This document shows positions 1 through 13,553 of a stretch of DNA of 64,000 nt, piece after piece. The stretch spans positions 620,001 to 684,000 of the forward strand of contig JAHLTZ010000001.1 of the NCBI GenBank assembly GCA_025786725.1. Reading direction: 5' to 3'. This DNA is from Syncephalis fuscata S228. Taxonomy: Eukaryota; Fungi; Zoopagomycota. The notes below the pieces were generated by a model. It worked only from the letters and a program-made list of their open reading frames with translations. It had not been told where the DNA came from and did no database searches. Position 1 is the first letter of the stretch. Each line of letters begins with the position of its first letter. Position numbers and translations under genes: made by a program.

Positions 1-1172
1 AATAATTTAATGATATAAGTAAATAAAGTATATATGCATACTGGATAATAAATCTATAATAATAAATATTTTGGTCACTGATATCATTCACCGCCCATCA
101 TGATGTTCGATAAAACAAATGTCTTGTTCAATTGCGCAAATGTTGCTAAACTTTTCTATTGCCAATACCTTTATGCCTTCTTTTTTGTTCAAATCGCTAT
201 AAAAGCTCTCTATAGCTTTTTTATAATAAATAATATACAATAATCATATTCGTTGCATCACAAGCCAATATTTATGATAATAGATTTTATTTAGAATGAT
301 AGCCAATATCAACTAATCATTGGCCTGATCCATATCACTATAATGTATGAGTACATTAGACTTGTTTGTCGTTAATCCGATAATTAAAATTCATTGCTTG
401 CTGTAAAGTTATAATAAATAAATAAATATAGCTGCCAATGATAACATGTAAACATAAAACAATAATATTGTCGTAATCTAAATATAAAGATAGAGGTTAT
501 CTTTTGAAGATTGCTCGGCATATATATATATATATATTCGGATATCTATGTAGCACCCGTTCACTATAAATACATACATGATTTGCCCATTCCATAATAA
601 AGTATTGGTCTTTACTCTATTCTATTTTATAAATTAGTTGGTTGTCTTATTCATGACAGTGTTTATTTCTTATTTTTAATAAATCTATTTAATAAAGGCA
701 AATTCACCAAAATGTACTGTTTTTTGATTTTGTTGAATAATAAGAGTTACAAAGCTAAAAAAACCCCTGATGGGAAAAAGTTAATTACAATAAATGCAAT
801 AATTTTAATTTAAAAATTGGCTTGTTTAGCTAATTTAGTCAATTGTAGCAATATTAACAGTAACGCCAATCGTGTTTCATTTGCTAAATAAAACTTAAAA
901 CCACAGTACAAGAACATGACATGTAAAATTTAGCATTAATAATATTGAAATAGTAGTTAATGTTGAAATAAACGTTTTATTAAAAAACAAATATAAACTA
1001 CTAATAAAACAACTAGCAAAAAAGTGTTATTAAAGTGTGTTCAGTTTGCAATGAATGTCATTACTAGAAGACAAGGTGTGATATAAACAAAAAATAATAT
1101 TTAATAATAAATAAATTAATACAGCCATTTAAAATATCTATAATAGCTATATTAATAAAATTTACAGTATTA

Positions 1173-3208
1173 TCAAGTAGCAGTAACATTCAATAAACAG
1201 TATTTCTCCAGTTCATGCGCTGCTGATGATTTGCGTTTTCCAACTTCATCGATATGATGCTTCATACTAACCATTCGATGCGTTATTGTATAGAAAATAG
1301 GAGATCCTTGAGACAAAAAGTCAATTATTTTGCTTTTTATAGGTATTTTCTTCCACTGATCGGTGCTAGTATCAAGAAGCTTACACGTTTCCTTCGATTC
1401 AACAATGGATACTAAATGGCCCATTCTTACAAAAGGTAAAGGCGATACTTCTAGTCGCCAGTCACGGGTAATACTATGTGAGGTTGTACCAGTGGCAATG
1501 TCCACACACCAAGCAATAAATGAATCTTGTTCAATATTTGTTCCTTCAGATGTTAGTAGCAATCGGCCATTAATGTCGCCGTTAATATGATTTGGTAGTA
1601 GAAACGGTGATCTATTCCAATTGCCTCTTAATGTCCAAGTAAATTGTTGATTACCCTTTTCTTCTGCTAAAGCTGTAGGAGTGTGCGATAATGACTTTGC
1701 CTTTCGTGTATCAAGTAGGCCTAACCATCGATTTCCCTGTTGATACCTTTTCACTTCTACAATTACCCGATATTCATCAATACGAATAACATCAACGCCA
1801 AGGTTAGCAATACTAGTATGAATCTGTTCGGTGTTGACGTAGAAATGACCGCCGCCTTCATTAAATGACGATGGCTGTAACAAAGCTTTAGAGGCGGTTG
1901 ATTGGGTAAATGGCCGTTCAGCGGATGTTGATGCGGTATTTAGTGTTGTATAAAATTTATGCAACGACCATTGATAACATCGAGGATCTGTTATAGATTG
2001 CTCTAGATGAATAAATGTCATGCTATTTTGATCAGCGCGCAGCATTAGATTAATACCAGGAAATTTAAAATAGGCTATGTTGTTGCTATTGTTATCTGGT
2101 AATGTTGCTGGAAGCTTCATAAATGTTGGCAAGTGTGTTGCGTGCAATGCGTAGACTAGTTGTGTGTTGTCCTTTGGCACAGTATTAGTATCTGTGGATA
2201 CAAATCGACTAGTTACTCTTCTGGCATTTAATAGCATTAGCCAGCCGTTGAATAAAGAAAGCGGCCTCCATTCTGCTTCAATTTGATTTTGCTCATTATT
2301 GTCGATATAGGCTGGTGGACACCATATTTGAGGCATTACTTGATCATGTTTCCATACAAGTATCTTGGTAGCTCCATTATCTTCCCATGTGCGCAGATAT
2401 ACCACAATATACAATGCATCCATACGAACCGTAATAATGTTGCGATAATGTGGCAAAGTACTTGGCATTTTAAGCGGTACTATATAATATTCAGATGTAT
2501 TTTTGGTATTTGTACATGTACTTTCTGTTTTATAACTTGCTAAGTTAGGCCCTACTAGATAAAGCTGACGACTCTCGTTGCCTTCCGGGTAAAAGGATGA
2601 ATCGCTTGTTGCACGTTCTATTAGTGTACCTCGAAATGAAGTGGCCCATGGTGTTGTGTTTAAAAATCTATCGTTGCTTCCCATGCCGCCATTGGTATTT
2701 CTTTGGTGCCTGCTATCAGATGAAAATAAAGAACCGATCCAGGAGGCTAGTTCAGTCGTGTATGGAAAACTAAAGCCTTTTAAAGACTGCTCATTGAATT
2801 CTATAGAATGGCTTAATAGACGACCATTACGCCAGCTTTGCTCCATTCGTCTACACCAGCACCACATCTGATACCATTTGCTTCCTTCTTTAATTATCTC
2901 TTTAGGTTCATCGTCTTCACTTTTGTTTAATGCGTGGTGTTCATTACAATCCAATGGATGTAAGTCTTTTTTATCCATATTGATGATATAGTTTGAATAT
3001 TTAAACAAAACCATTGCTTTTCCATTTCACCTGCGCTGTAGTAAAGCCAACACGCTTGTTGCCATATAGTTTCGTTGTCGATAATTCTTAGGCGTAACTG
3101 CCATGACGTCATTGCTAGCTGGATTATTGTATTATGATTTAAACGATCAAGTACACCATCAAATATCTCATTCGGAAGACGTGTCCATCCATTTGATAAT
3201 AAATCCAT
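1173..3208 (-). CDS. F-box protein (N-terminal F-box, divergent beta-rich C-terminus); one frameshift near 3010
   Basis: ORF 2927-3208 has F-box motif WTRLPNEIFDGVLDRLNHNTIIQLAMTSWQLR..DNETIWQQ. ORF 1173-3014 continues with the post-F-box motif WYQMWCWCRRMEQSWRNG. Adding one T to a T-run (tggttttgttt) joins the frames. Confidence 0.75.
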
Positions 3209-4109
3209 TGTAATGGCTTTAGCTGTGCTAAGTTGTTAGTGGTCGTATAAGGAGAAAAGGTTCAAGGCTGTTTATTAGCATCCCGCTTTTCCGTTATAAA
3301 ATGCTTTATTCCAGGGGGTGGTTACACAAGTGTTACTACCCTTCAAAGGCTGCTTTTTGTCAAATCATTACAACAGTGATGTTCGTATATTAAACATCTG
3401 TTCTACAAACGCTATTTTCTATTGTTTTACTTAGTGCTTTAAAATTAGAATTAACAAAAACAATTAAAATTTTAGCTATATTTTATTTGTGGGAATTTAC
3501 CAAAATACATCATTTTATCTTTCTTTTTTAAAGAAATACACCGTTTTGAAAAGTTTTACCACAATGTCTACCAAGCTATTTAAAGAAGCTATGTTTACCA
3601 GTACCGAAGAACTGAGGATTGCTATTGACAAGTTTAAGCTTGTTGGCAATTGTAAATAATGTTTCTATATTTTCAAATGTAAAGCCAAAAAATGTACAAG
3701 TAAAAGTATTAAATACATATTTAATTATTTAGTATACACTAACAATTGTAATAGCTTAACAGATGTTATTATTTTTTATTACAAAAAGCTTGACCTTCTT
3801 TTTGATTCAATAAAAAAGAATGGCGCTGTTACAACACCAGTAATAAAATAATGTAACAGCGTCAAAGTAGCTAAAGAAGAAAAAGAAAAAGAAATAGAGA
3901 CTTATTCCAATGTTTTAATATTAATTTAATAAAAGATATTATTAGTATCAAGTGAATTTAATTTATAACAAAATTTGCAATTGTATAGATCTTAATGTAA
4001 GCTAGAATGAATTGGATTATAAAAAGCCATTTTTATTATTATTTGTTTAAATTTAATGAACATGCTGAATGGCAAATATTACATAAAAAACAACGCCAGT
4101 TAATGTATA

Positions 4110-5037
4110 CTATAGCACAATATGACGATCCTCCAATACTGTTTGCATTCGTTCGTGTTGTCGAATCAATAAAAGCGATGTTACCAATGCTAATATTAGA
4201 ATAGATTAATAATTAGCCATTGCGGTGATAGTGTAATTCAGTGTTGATTATTAGCTTACCGTCAATAAGAAACATGATTTCGGTAACGCCATCCAGCATA
4301 TCCGTTGCCGTTATAACGGCCGTAATAAAGTTTGAGGTAATAACACCAAATAAATATAGTAATCCATCGGAGCTTAATTGTTGCCAGCACTTGCTACCAA
4401 TGGTTCGATAAAGATGAAGTACAACACGAAGAAAGACTACTGTAAAAATAATATTGATAGAGCTGTCTAGTGTAAATCGCACCCATGGAATATAACTTGG
4501 ATATTCAATAACACAAGAGTCTTCGTTTGTGTGATATGCCTGGCTATATCTTAAACAGAGCCACAGGCTGATAGGCCAAGGAACCAATAGTATGCCACCA
4601 ATCCATATGAGACGCCGATCATATTGTCTAACTGTGTATGCTTTGCTTAACAAACAAATATGCACAGCTATACTTGATATTGTTAACGCTACAAAAGCAA
4701 TCCAACCATTTTTTCGACAAGATGGTCCAATTGGTAGGATTGCTGAAACAGCGGTGAAGCCAAGAAACATACAAGCGGCTGCTTGAATGAAGCAACACCA
4801 ATTAGCGATACTTCGAGCCCGTCGATTAATAAGCAAAAATGATCGCCAAGTATTGCGAATGAATAGTACTAAGAAAAGAACGCAAAGCACTGCTTGTGAA
4901 TAGTTACTAATAAGACGCTTACGAGCATCTTTTATATTCGTCGCTGAGGTCATAAATTGCCAAGATGACATCTCTCCCGATGGATTAATGGGGAAGATAC
5001 CAAGTACTTTATGCCAATTGTCAGGATCATTCGACAT
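4110..5037 (-). CDS. Orphan 7-transmembrane (GPCR-like) protein, copy 1; 2 exons
   Basis: About 7 hydrophobic segments, motifs NWCCFIQ, PIGPSCR, KAY, CVIEYP..PWVRF..D. Intron about 4259-4190 (gtaagc..ag), last exon ALVTSLLLIRQHERMQTVLEDRHIVL*. Confidence 0.7.
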
Positions 5038-5552
5038 AGCTTTATCGGTTGACGTTAATAAATCGTTGCAATTACAAAATGAAATATTATACTTGTAATA
5101 GAAAAAAGAAGTGAAGTTAGCATAGTCAACGATTACTGTATAGGCCACAGGATATATTTATACTTCGACTACTATACAAACTGGTTTTGTCTTTTCTACG
5201 TGCACTCGAATATGTTTCATTGTTTAAAAATGCCACTGCTTTATTACAGGAATTACAGGGCTTAACAGATCATTTAAGGCCATGTCAGCCAATCAAGGCT
5301 GCGCACACAAGTTTGATACTGAAAGAAAAAAAAGGAAATATCCTTTGAATGTTGCTGTGTCATTTGTCCACCTGTGGTTCATGGCAAATTAGCACATATG
5401 CCTTAACGAATACAGATATGGCATGTTACCTTTTTCTAATGATTAACCAAATACCGAATCGGGCAAGGTGCGCATTAAAAGCTATTGTAATTCCATTTGT
5501 CATTTATTACAATGTAAAACAGGTTGATTTAATTACTCATTTATTATGTGTG

Positions 5553-6857
5553 TTAATGACCACTTATGGAAAAGCCACCAGGCACATTAGTAATGGTTTT
5601 TTGTTCACCACTCGGCGCGATAACAGACCGAGATGCATGCGATAAATGACTATGGCTATAATTACCGCTATCAGTGCCATATGGATGAATAGTTGGCAGC
5701 AGTGGAAGCGATACGGATGGATTTGCGTACATCGTTTGTGTATTTACGAATGCATAAACCGGTTGAGTGCCTGCTGGTTGTAATGGCCCCAGACCAGCAG
5801 GTGCGGCAGGTGGTGGTGGTGGCGGCGGTGACGATATGGCCACATCACCTGATTTAGGTGGTGGCTTGACCGGTACAACTTGGACTGTTTTTAAGGCGCT
5901 GGGGACAAAGAAAATGAATAGGCCTATTAGCACCACAAGTATTGGCGCCCCATAAATGATGTGATAATAATCCAGTAGATTGACACCTAACATTAGTATA
6001 TAAGTCGTAAAAAGCACAGTAATTTGCTAATCAATTAAAAATTATATAATAGCAATAGAATAGTAAGACGAGTATTATGAAATATTTATAAATATCTAAT
6101 GTTCTTTTTATATTTCTACTTACTGCTCGTCTGTTACACAGATGAATGTTGGGCAATGTCATGCCAAGTAAACAATTGAGTGCAAGAAGTGATAGTACTG
6201 TAATAGATGCCCAGAATGTGATAAACAAGTAATAATAGTAGTAATAGGGATACGAGTAGTTATTACTAAAATAGTCAAGATCCATTCGAGCCAATATAAT
6301 AATGAATGATGCGGTATATACAATAATAAGTACGCCTCCTAGATAGGCGATACCGCGCACAATACGTGACAAAGAATTATTGGGTTGTACCAATAATTGT
6401 GACCTAATTTAGTCATTTACGAAATAAGATACCGATTAATACTATATTGTATTATTACAGCAGATGTTTTTGCTTTATAAATATTAAAATACGCTATTAC
6501 CATTTTGCCAAAAGTACTGTTGTTGTTAAAGCAATAGTCATATAAGCGAGATACAATAAATAAGCGATAGGAAATTCTGCGGCAATAAAAAATAAATGTA
6601 TGGCTTTAACTAATAGGTAGCTGTGTTAGCAACCATTTGATATAAATATAAAATAGCTGGTTTAATAGTTACTTACGTAAAAAAGCGAATGAAAAGGTAG
6701 CATAAAACCATTGTTTTAATTGTTTTAAGCGATATAACATAGCAATGCTTAGAATAGCACAGGCAATACCGAATGCAATATAGGCACCGAATGGCATGCC
6801 ATATCGATCGCGAAATAGTAGTGATTTAGATGGCAAAGATGAAGAATCATTCGACAT
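5553..6857 (-). CDS. Multi-pass membrane protein with proline-rich C-terminal tail, multi-exon
   Basis: Consecutive minus-strand hydrophobic ORF pieces (6669-6857, 6031-6393, 5553-6017) with intron-like gaps; tail PPPPPPPAAP. Function not recognisable. Confidence 0.5.
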
Positions 6858-7170
6858 ACTTTACGTTAATGAGAACAGCACTGGTAGAAAGGGAATGCAA
6901 TAGGTTACCATTAACGACAAATCAGCACTTTTACTAGTAAATAATGTGCCAAAAACAAGCCATAAAGGCACTTGGCGTATGAATAATAAAGTCATTTTAA
7001 TAGTAAATTTTGTTTTAATAAAGTTGATAAATAAAAGTATGCTAAGTGATAATAAACACATACACACAAATGGTACACCCTATTGTTACAAATGAAAAAG
7101 AGAGAAAAACACTGATTAACATTCCATCGATTAGTTTAACTACGTGCAAAGTTAGGCTTAAGTCGTGCGG

Positions 7171-8958
7171 CTACGGCCGATGAAAATGCCATGGCTGAAG
7201 CAGCAACACGAGCTGGAGCCAGAGAGCGACGCCGGTCACCAGGCAACGTAAGCTCCATGGCCGTCTCGTCCGGCTTGGGCGATAATTGTCGCCGTTTTTA
7301 GCGGTGTTGTGATCATGGATAGCCGAGTCACTGCCCGAGCGATGACGTACCGATTTAAGGAAATTCGGTGAAGGTAACGAACTCATAGCACTTGTAAAAC
7401 TGCCTAGTCGCAGTGATGGCCGATGGCGTCGTTTTGCACGTCGTTCCTGTAAATCGGGCAATGTAGCCGATCTGGTCAGCGTGGAATTCGGCGACAGTGG
7501 TGGTGAATCTGATGGTGACACTGAGATAGTAGTAGAGTAGGCGTATCATAATCACTGTGTAATCCGTTGGATGTCTTCTCTAAACTACGGTCATCATCAC
7601 GTGTACCAATGGCTGTAGTTGATTCCCAACTGGTCGATAACGTGTTGGCTGATGAATTTGTTGACACACCAGTCGTGATAATTGGTTTGACTAGTAAATC
7701 CAAATTAAAATTATGTTGTGCTAATGTATCATCCATATCACTATTTCTACGTGAATTGATCTTATTCTGTGGTACACCACTATAATTAAAGGGACGTGTA
7801 CTTGATGGATCATCGGTATCGACTTCATTGTCGCTTGAATCATCACGTCCATAAAGACATGCATTCACCACGCTTATCGGTAGGTCGTGTAGTTCAATGG
7901 TATCATCTACTACGGCAGTTGCTGTACGCTCACCCAATGAACGAATAGTGGCAAATTCGTCTATTATATTAATTAGTATCCTATCATCGCTAACTTCTAT
8001 GATTAATTACCGGTAATTGTATTATAAGCATCAAGCGAAGGTGTTCGCATTAGATTAATACTCATAAATACTGGATAAATAAATAGAAAAAGCATCATGG
8101 TCCAAGCCGGAAAGGCAATGGCCCAATGTCTAGGTTTAAATTTTAGCTAGCTGTTATTTTACTGTAAGCATCTATCCTACTTACTTGCTTGGAAAGTAAG
8201 CAATACCAACATTAATTAGTACCTGATCTGGTAAATAGGCCCATAAGCTAAATAAAACTATCATTATCAATGAGCTATACATGTTGACAAAATCGATTCT
8301 ATTACATACCTGCCAATATAATAGATATTAAATATACAGAAAAGCCGTAATATTCATACTTTCTTTGCTGCATTAATGACTCAGCCGATATACTAGGCGG
8401 CCCTAATAGTTCAGACGACATAGGCTGGTGAGATTCGAGCGATGTGTATACTTCACTGCCATTTGCAATAGCACCATTCATGGTGGCACTCCAATTACTT
8501 TCATTAGGCTCGTTAAAGAATCGATTTGTGCTAGAAGCAGTAAATACTTGACTACGTGGTGTACTTGGCAATGAGTAATTGTGCTGATTCGATTCGTCAA
8601 AGCCCATCGCGTAGTTAAATGGCAGTGAAGGCTGTCGTGGCCGTACATTGCCAACAAGTGGACTATATGTACTGCTAGCGTTGCTATTATTAGGCCCAGT
8701 TGATAACAGATCAATTGCTGCTGGCAACCCAGTCGCTGGTATTTCGCCTCCCACCATGTAATTATTTTCAATGGTGGCCTCATACATAGTTACCGGTCTT
8801 GTTAGACCGTTACTATTATTGTTGCTGCTGTTCAAGTCATTACTACCAAAGCTACTTGCTGCATAGGAAGAACGTGGTCGAGAAGCAGTTCTAAATAGCC
8901 AGCTAGTACGTGGCATCATGTGTGGTGAATCCGAGCGTCGTTGTCTGTCCGTGTCCAT
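7171..8958 (-). CDS. GPI19: GPI-GlcNAc transferase subunit P (PIG-P/Gpi19) with long disordered N- and C-terminal extensions
   Basis: Spliced exons give YEYYGFSVYLIS..LWAYLPDQVL..GIAYFPSK/HWAIAFPAW..NLMRTPSLDAYNTIT..LHDLPISVVNACLYG, the PIG-P family signature. 3' end approximate (frameshift near 7500). Confidence 0.85.
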
Positions 8959-9494
8959 TATTAGCTATGAATACTAGACGCGGATTATTAATATTAATAT
9001 TTGCAATAATAGTAATAGCAATATCTGTGCTATTGCTATAACAGATTCCGTCGTTACAATACAATCCAGCTGGATTATACTGAATTCCAATTTAGTAAAA
9101 GTAAATAAAGCGATGCAATAGTACATTCATGTAATAAATGAGCAATTATTAAAAAGCAGTAGTTTTAGACCAAATAGTAAATTGAATGTCGTGTGTTCGT
9201 ACTTCTTATGTGTTACCAAGTAGGGATTTGAGTAGTAGAGCGAGAAGCAGATGCAAATAAAGCTATGAACCCAAAATACAACGCAGATGAGACACGACAA
9301 GGTGCTGGCAGTGTACAGGAAAGGGAGAAAACAGCAGCAGAAACTATTTATTGATAATTCACTAGGAACCAGTAGAAACACGAGGCCTCACCTTTTAACA
9401 CTGTTCAATCTATGCAAAGAGTATAACGTTTTTTAAAAAATAATACTATATTATCGTTTGTAATCAATTGTTGTATATATACTAGCAATACAGC

Positions 9495-9872
9495 ATGTAC
9501 GTTCGGTCACCACGATTCTTGGCACGATTAGCCACGGGAGCTGGACGTGGAACGCGATTACCAATAACGAATAATTATTACTTGATTCGTACCTATACCG
9601 ATTATCGTCCGCGGCCTGGTCCTATACCGCTGGGCGATCGGACACAGCAGCGTGAATTTGAGGCACTTGTACGCGAAGAGGCACAAAAGAGCGAGAAAGA
9701 AGCTGAGGCTGATCTAGCGCGTCTAGAATCTCAAGACGATGCGTCAGCAGAAAAGAAAGACGATGGCGAGGATATTGTTAATGAAGCAACCGGTGAGGTA
9801 GGCGGGCCCAAAGGAGCCGAGCCAACGCGCTTTGGAGATTGGGAGCGTAATGGACGTGTTTACGACTTTTAA
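9495..9872 (+). CDS. SDH8: Succinate dehydrogenase assembly factor 4 (DUF1674)
   Basis: C-terminal [31 protein letters not shown]; PGPIPLG..QQREFE motif; Arg-rich mitochondrial presequence. Confidence 0.95.
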   Translation: MYVRSPRFLARLATGAGRGTRLPITNNYYLIRTYTDYRPRPGPIPLGDRTQQREFEALVREEAQKSEKEAEADLARLESQDDASAEKKDDGEDIVNEATGEVGGPKGAEPTRFGDWERNGRVYDF

Positions 9873-10449
9873 GCATATTTCGTATTTTTATGTAGAGTTC
9901 AAATGCAAATTGATTGTTTAGAAGACATTTACTACACTGTTGCAGTAACTTGTTATTAACATTGGTTGCTAATATTACAAAAAATAAACAATTATTACAA
10001 TTATTATTATTATTTATTACTATTATTATTTATTATTGAATGTGGCAGTTATATTAAATGGATGAACTGTATTCTATTTCTATGTTTTATAATAAATAAA
10101 TATAAAATGTAGAATAATCAACATTTGAACACCTTAAATAAAAGGGAAATTTAAAGAAATACGCCGTTATTTTATTTATTTAGGAAAATAAATAGGTAAT
10201 TAGTTAGTAAAAAGCTGCGTTTAGATAATAATATAATGTGTTAGCGAGTTATTGAATCATGAAAATACAATACTTGTATAGACCATATCATTAGAGTATT
10301 CAAATAAGTGTATTGTTTCTATAATTATCAAGGTTTAAAAACAAACAAAGCTGTATGTTGATGGACAATTAAGATTTTTAATTAAATAAAACAAGGACGC
10401 GTTGTTTTTTGCTCTCAATGGCTGTTTGGTTATTTTCTACTATTTACAT

Positions 10450-13409
10450 ATGCTTAAATCACGACGTATCGTTAACACTTATGGTCGCAAACGACGTCCT
10501 CCTACCGCAGCTCACCACAAACCCAGTGGAATATCCTCCACTTGTGTTAATGCATTTACTGTAGTGTTTGGTAGTGATGAGTCTTCAACAATTACACATA
10601 CTAAATTACCAACTGCCACCCAGTCAGCTACCATATCTCAGGATATAGTGGAGCAGTCTATTGCTGAAATATCCCTGATTGCAGCTACTCTGACACTTGA
10701 AACTTCAAATTCTAAAGTACCAGCTTGTAATTTACCAGCCAAGAAAAGCAGAAAAACAAATAGTACTACTAATGAGCAGCAACGCACAACTACGAAAGCA
10801 TGTACGCGACCAGTAAGGAAAAGAACGCCAACGGCAAAAAAAATAGCTTTAGAGGCGAATAGTAAGAAAACTGTCAACGAAAATACGTCGTGGCCATCAA
10901 TGAAACAGCATAGTTGTTTAGTAACATCGGCTACCATTAATACAACCGATACTTGTTTAGAATCCCCAATGTTATCTACAAACGGTGAATTATCCAGTTC
11001 TACAGCCAATATCAATGATATTAAGAACGCAAATGGCCCTCCATTAATAGTATCAAGCACACCACTGACTCAGACAACTATTCTACCTATATCTTTAGAA
11101 TCAAATACCATCGATACAAAGACTGTTCAGACATTGAGCTATTCTAATGACAATATCAACCAATCTCATCTAATGATAACTAATTGCAAAATGGATACCA
11201 TGGATTTGAGTGTATTATAGAACCAAAAGAAATGGCAACTTCAACAACGTCACCTATCGCACTTGATAATCCTAGTGCTGCAGCAATAAAAACAGCTTTG
11301 ATGAAGTGTAAAAACACAGAACAGCCAAAATCAACAATACCACCCATACAAAGAGTAAAGCGTACTTATGGCAAACGGAATGAAAATACGATGGTTACTG
11401 ATCCAAATATGCAATCTACAACGAATACTATTAATTATACATCTACAACACAGTATCATCGGGCAACAGTTACTTATGGTGGTAAACGTAGTGTTCAGCC
11501 TTTGGATATTACGAGTACATTGGCTGAGCCATTAAATCGGCGTCATTGGATCCAAGTTGATGAAGTAAGTGTATGGATATTAGTAATAATTTATTGACAT
11601 GTTAATGTTTTATAGGAATTTGATGGTGATGCAATCACCGTTAAAAATAATCACGAATTACGTGAACTTGGCCTACAACGCCGATTTGCTGATGAGCTCG
11701 ATGATCTTATTGGTAGTATGGCTGCACGACATACTATAACACTGCGTCGATCAAGGTAAATAATATATAGATTCCATCTTGTATTTCATTATTTTTAATT
11801 TACATTAAATATAATGAACAGTGCTACCACTCTTGCTAACCGGATACAAGATGTCAAATTTGCTAACGTATTTCGTCATCATGGATTTCTTGCCAAATTC
11901 TACGATGCACTTGCTTATGATGATGGCAATGATATTGTTTTACAAGCCTGTTTTCTATTTACACTTGCTACATTAATTGCTGACCGAAGAGTCGGTACTT
12001 GGTTGTTATCTCGAGGAGTTATTGAATATCTCAACAAGCTACTATCTCTACCGGATAGACAGTGGATAAGCACGACAACAAATACACCAAATACTAATGC
12101 TCAAATCATACGCCAGGTAATAGTCAATCTAGCATTAATATTTATTCAATAATATTAATATGCTGTTTAGATGACATCATTAGTACAAATGATGCCACAC
12201 ACACCATCATTAGGATGGATAACTCGCGTAAGTAATAACAGTTAATTATTAGAATAGTAGTTAAACTGCTCTATTAGCCATCACATTATCTACTTGTTTT
12301 ACAAATCTATGCATCGCTAGTTTTACTACCCATATCGGATGGGTCACGATTTATTAACACATCTGGTAGCAAAGTAGCAACAGTATTACTATTGCAATGC
12401 TGGTTGATGCATTAAACCGTATACAATGCTCGGTAAGATGTAGATATTTAGTAATCAAGCCATCTGACTGTATTTAGGCATTATATGAAGCGATCGATGG
12501 AATGACTGCACTATTATGCTTACAGATTATAGAACATAGAACTGCCGAGTTAACGGGTCAACAATTAATACTGCTAGAACAGAAGCAGCTATTGCAAATA
12601 GTTATTACTGCACTACCATGGCTTATAGGTAATCATTGATATGCTTGATAACATGTATAATACGAATAACAATAAGTTAGAACGAATATCTATACAACAG
12701 GAAACTGATCAACATACACTGCAAGGTAAATCGTAGTTGCAATTCAACTATGTATATTTAACTACTATTTATTAGAATTACCAATGAGTATTTTTCGCAT
12801 ATGTATCAATCTTACTGGAGAGCATCGTCGGGGAAATGATGTGTTAGCTACCATGCATCTATTACCTGTGTTGATGCAAATCATTGATCGATGGTCATGC
12901 TCATCAACTCAACACAATATATGGATCCACGATGATCTGTTATTACTATCAATGGGATTACTTGTTAACTTGGTTGAACAATCAAACAACAACTGTTTAC
13001 AATTGCGGTCAATTAGTGAGTGTCATTAATATGAATAATTATAGGATTAGTATTTATTCTTGGTTATTAGCTATTAGTTCTGGTTGTCAACGACAAAAGA
13101 CGTGTTGGCAGCAATGTCAGTGTAAGGGTGATCAACAATGTGCTACAATTCATCTAGCTCGTCTATTTAATCAACTACATACGGCAATACCATCATCCAA
13201 TAGAGATTTAATTGTAGAACAGGTAAGCTATATACATGCCTATATAGATCTATCTAATTTGCTAATAAAATTAGAATTCGGAACAGGCACTTGATGCAAA
13301 AATGCGCCTTACTTATCTCGATGTACTACTTGGATATCTAGTAGATGGTGATGCTAAACATCAACAAATAGTACAGGATATCATTGGTACACATCGATTG
13401 ACACGATAG
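10450..13409 (+). CDS. WAPL: Cohesin release factor Wapl (wings apart-like), multi-exon
   Basis: Disordered N-terminus with TYG[RKG][KR] motifs; exon at about 11620-11755 encodes VKNNHELRELGLQRRFADELDDL (start of WAPL domain); later LLLLSMGLLVNLVEQS. Frameshift near 11200. Confidence 0.75.
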
Positions 13410-13553
13410 TATACAAATAGTCGTTGTGTCTAATAATCATTTTACTTATTTATTAAAGTTAATTATTAAAGTGCGATTTTATTAATATTATACTAATGAT
13501 GGTTCACTGACAAAAATACTCGCATCTATGTTAATACTATCGTTATTAGCACG

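Noticed and set aside
2927-3014. Programmed ribosomal frameshift between overlapping ORFs (also at 11200, 51850, 60090)
   Set aside because: No consistent slippery site or stimulatory structure; the window-wide 1-nt deletion errors explain the breaks.
5338-5346. ATATCCTTT as a U12-type intron donor
   Set aside because: Lies between minus-strand genes with no plus-strand gene or U12 branch site.
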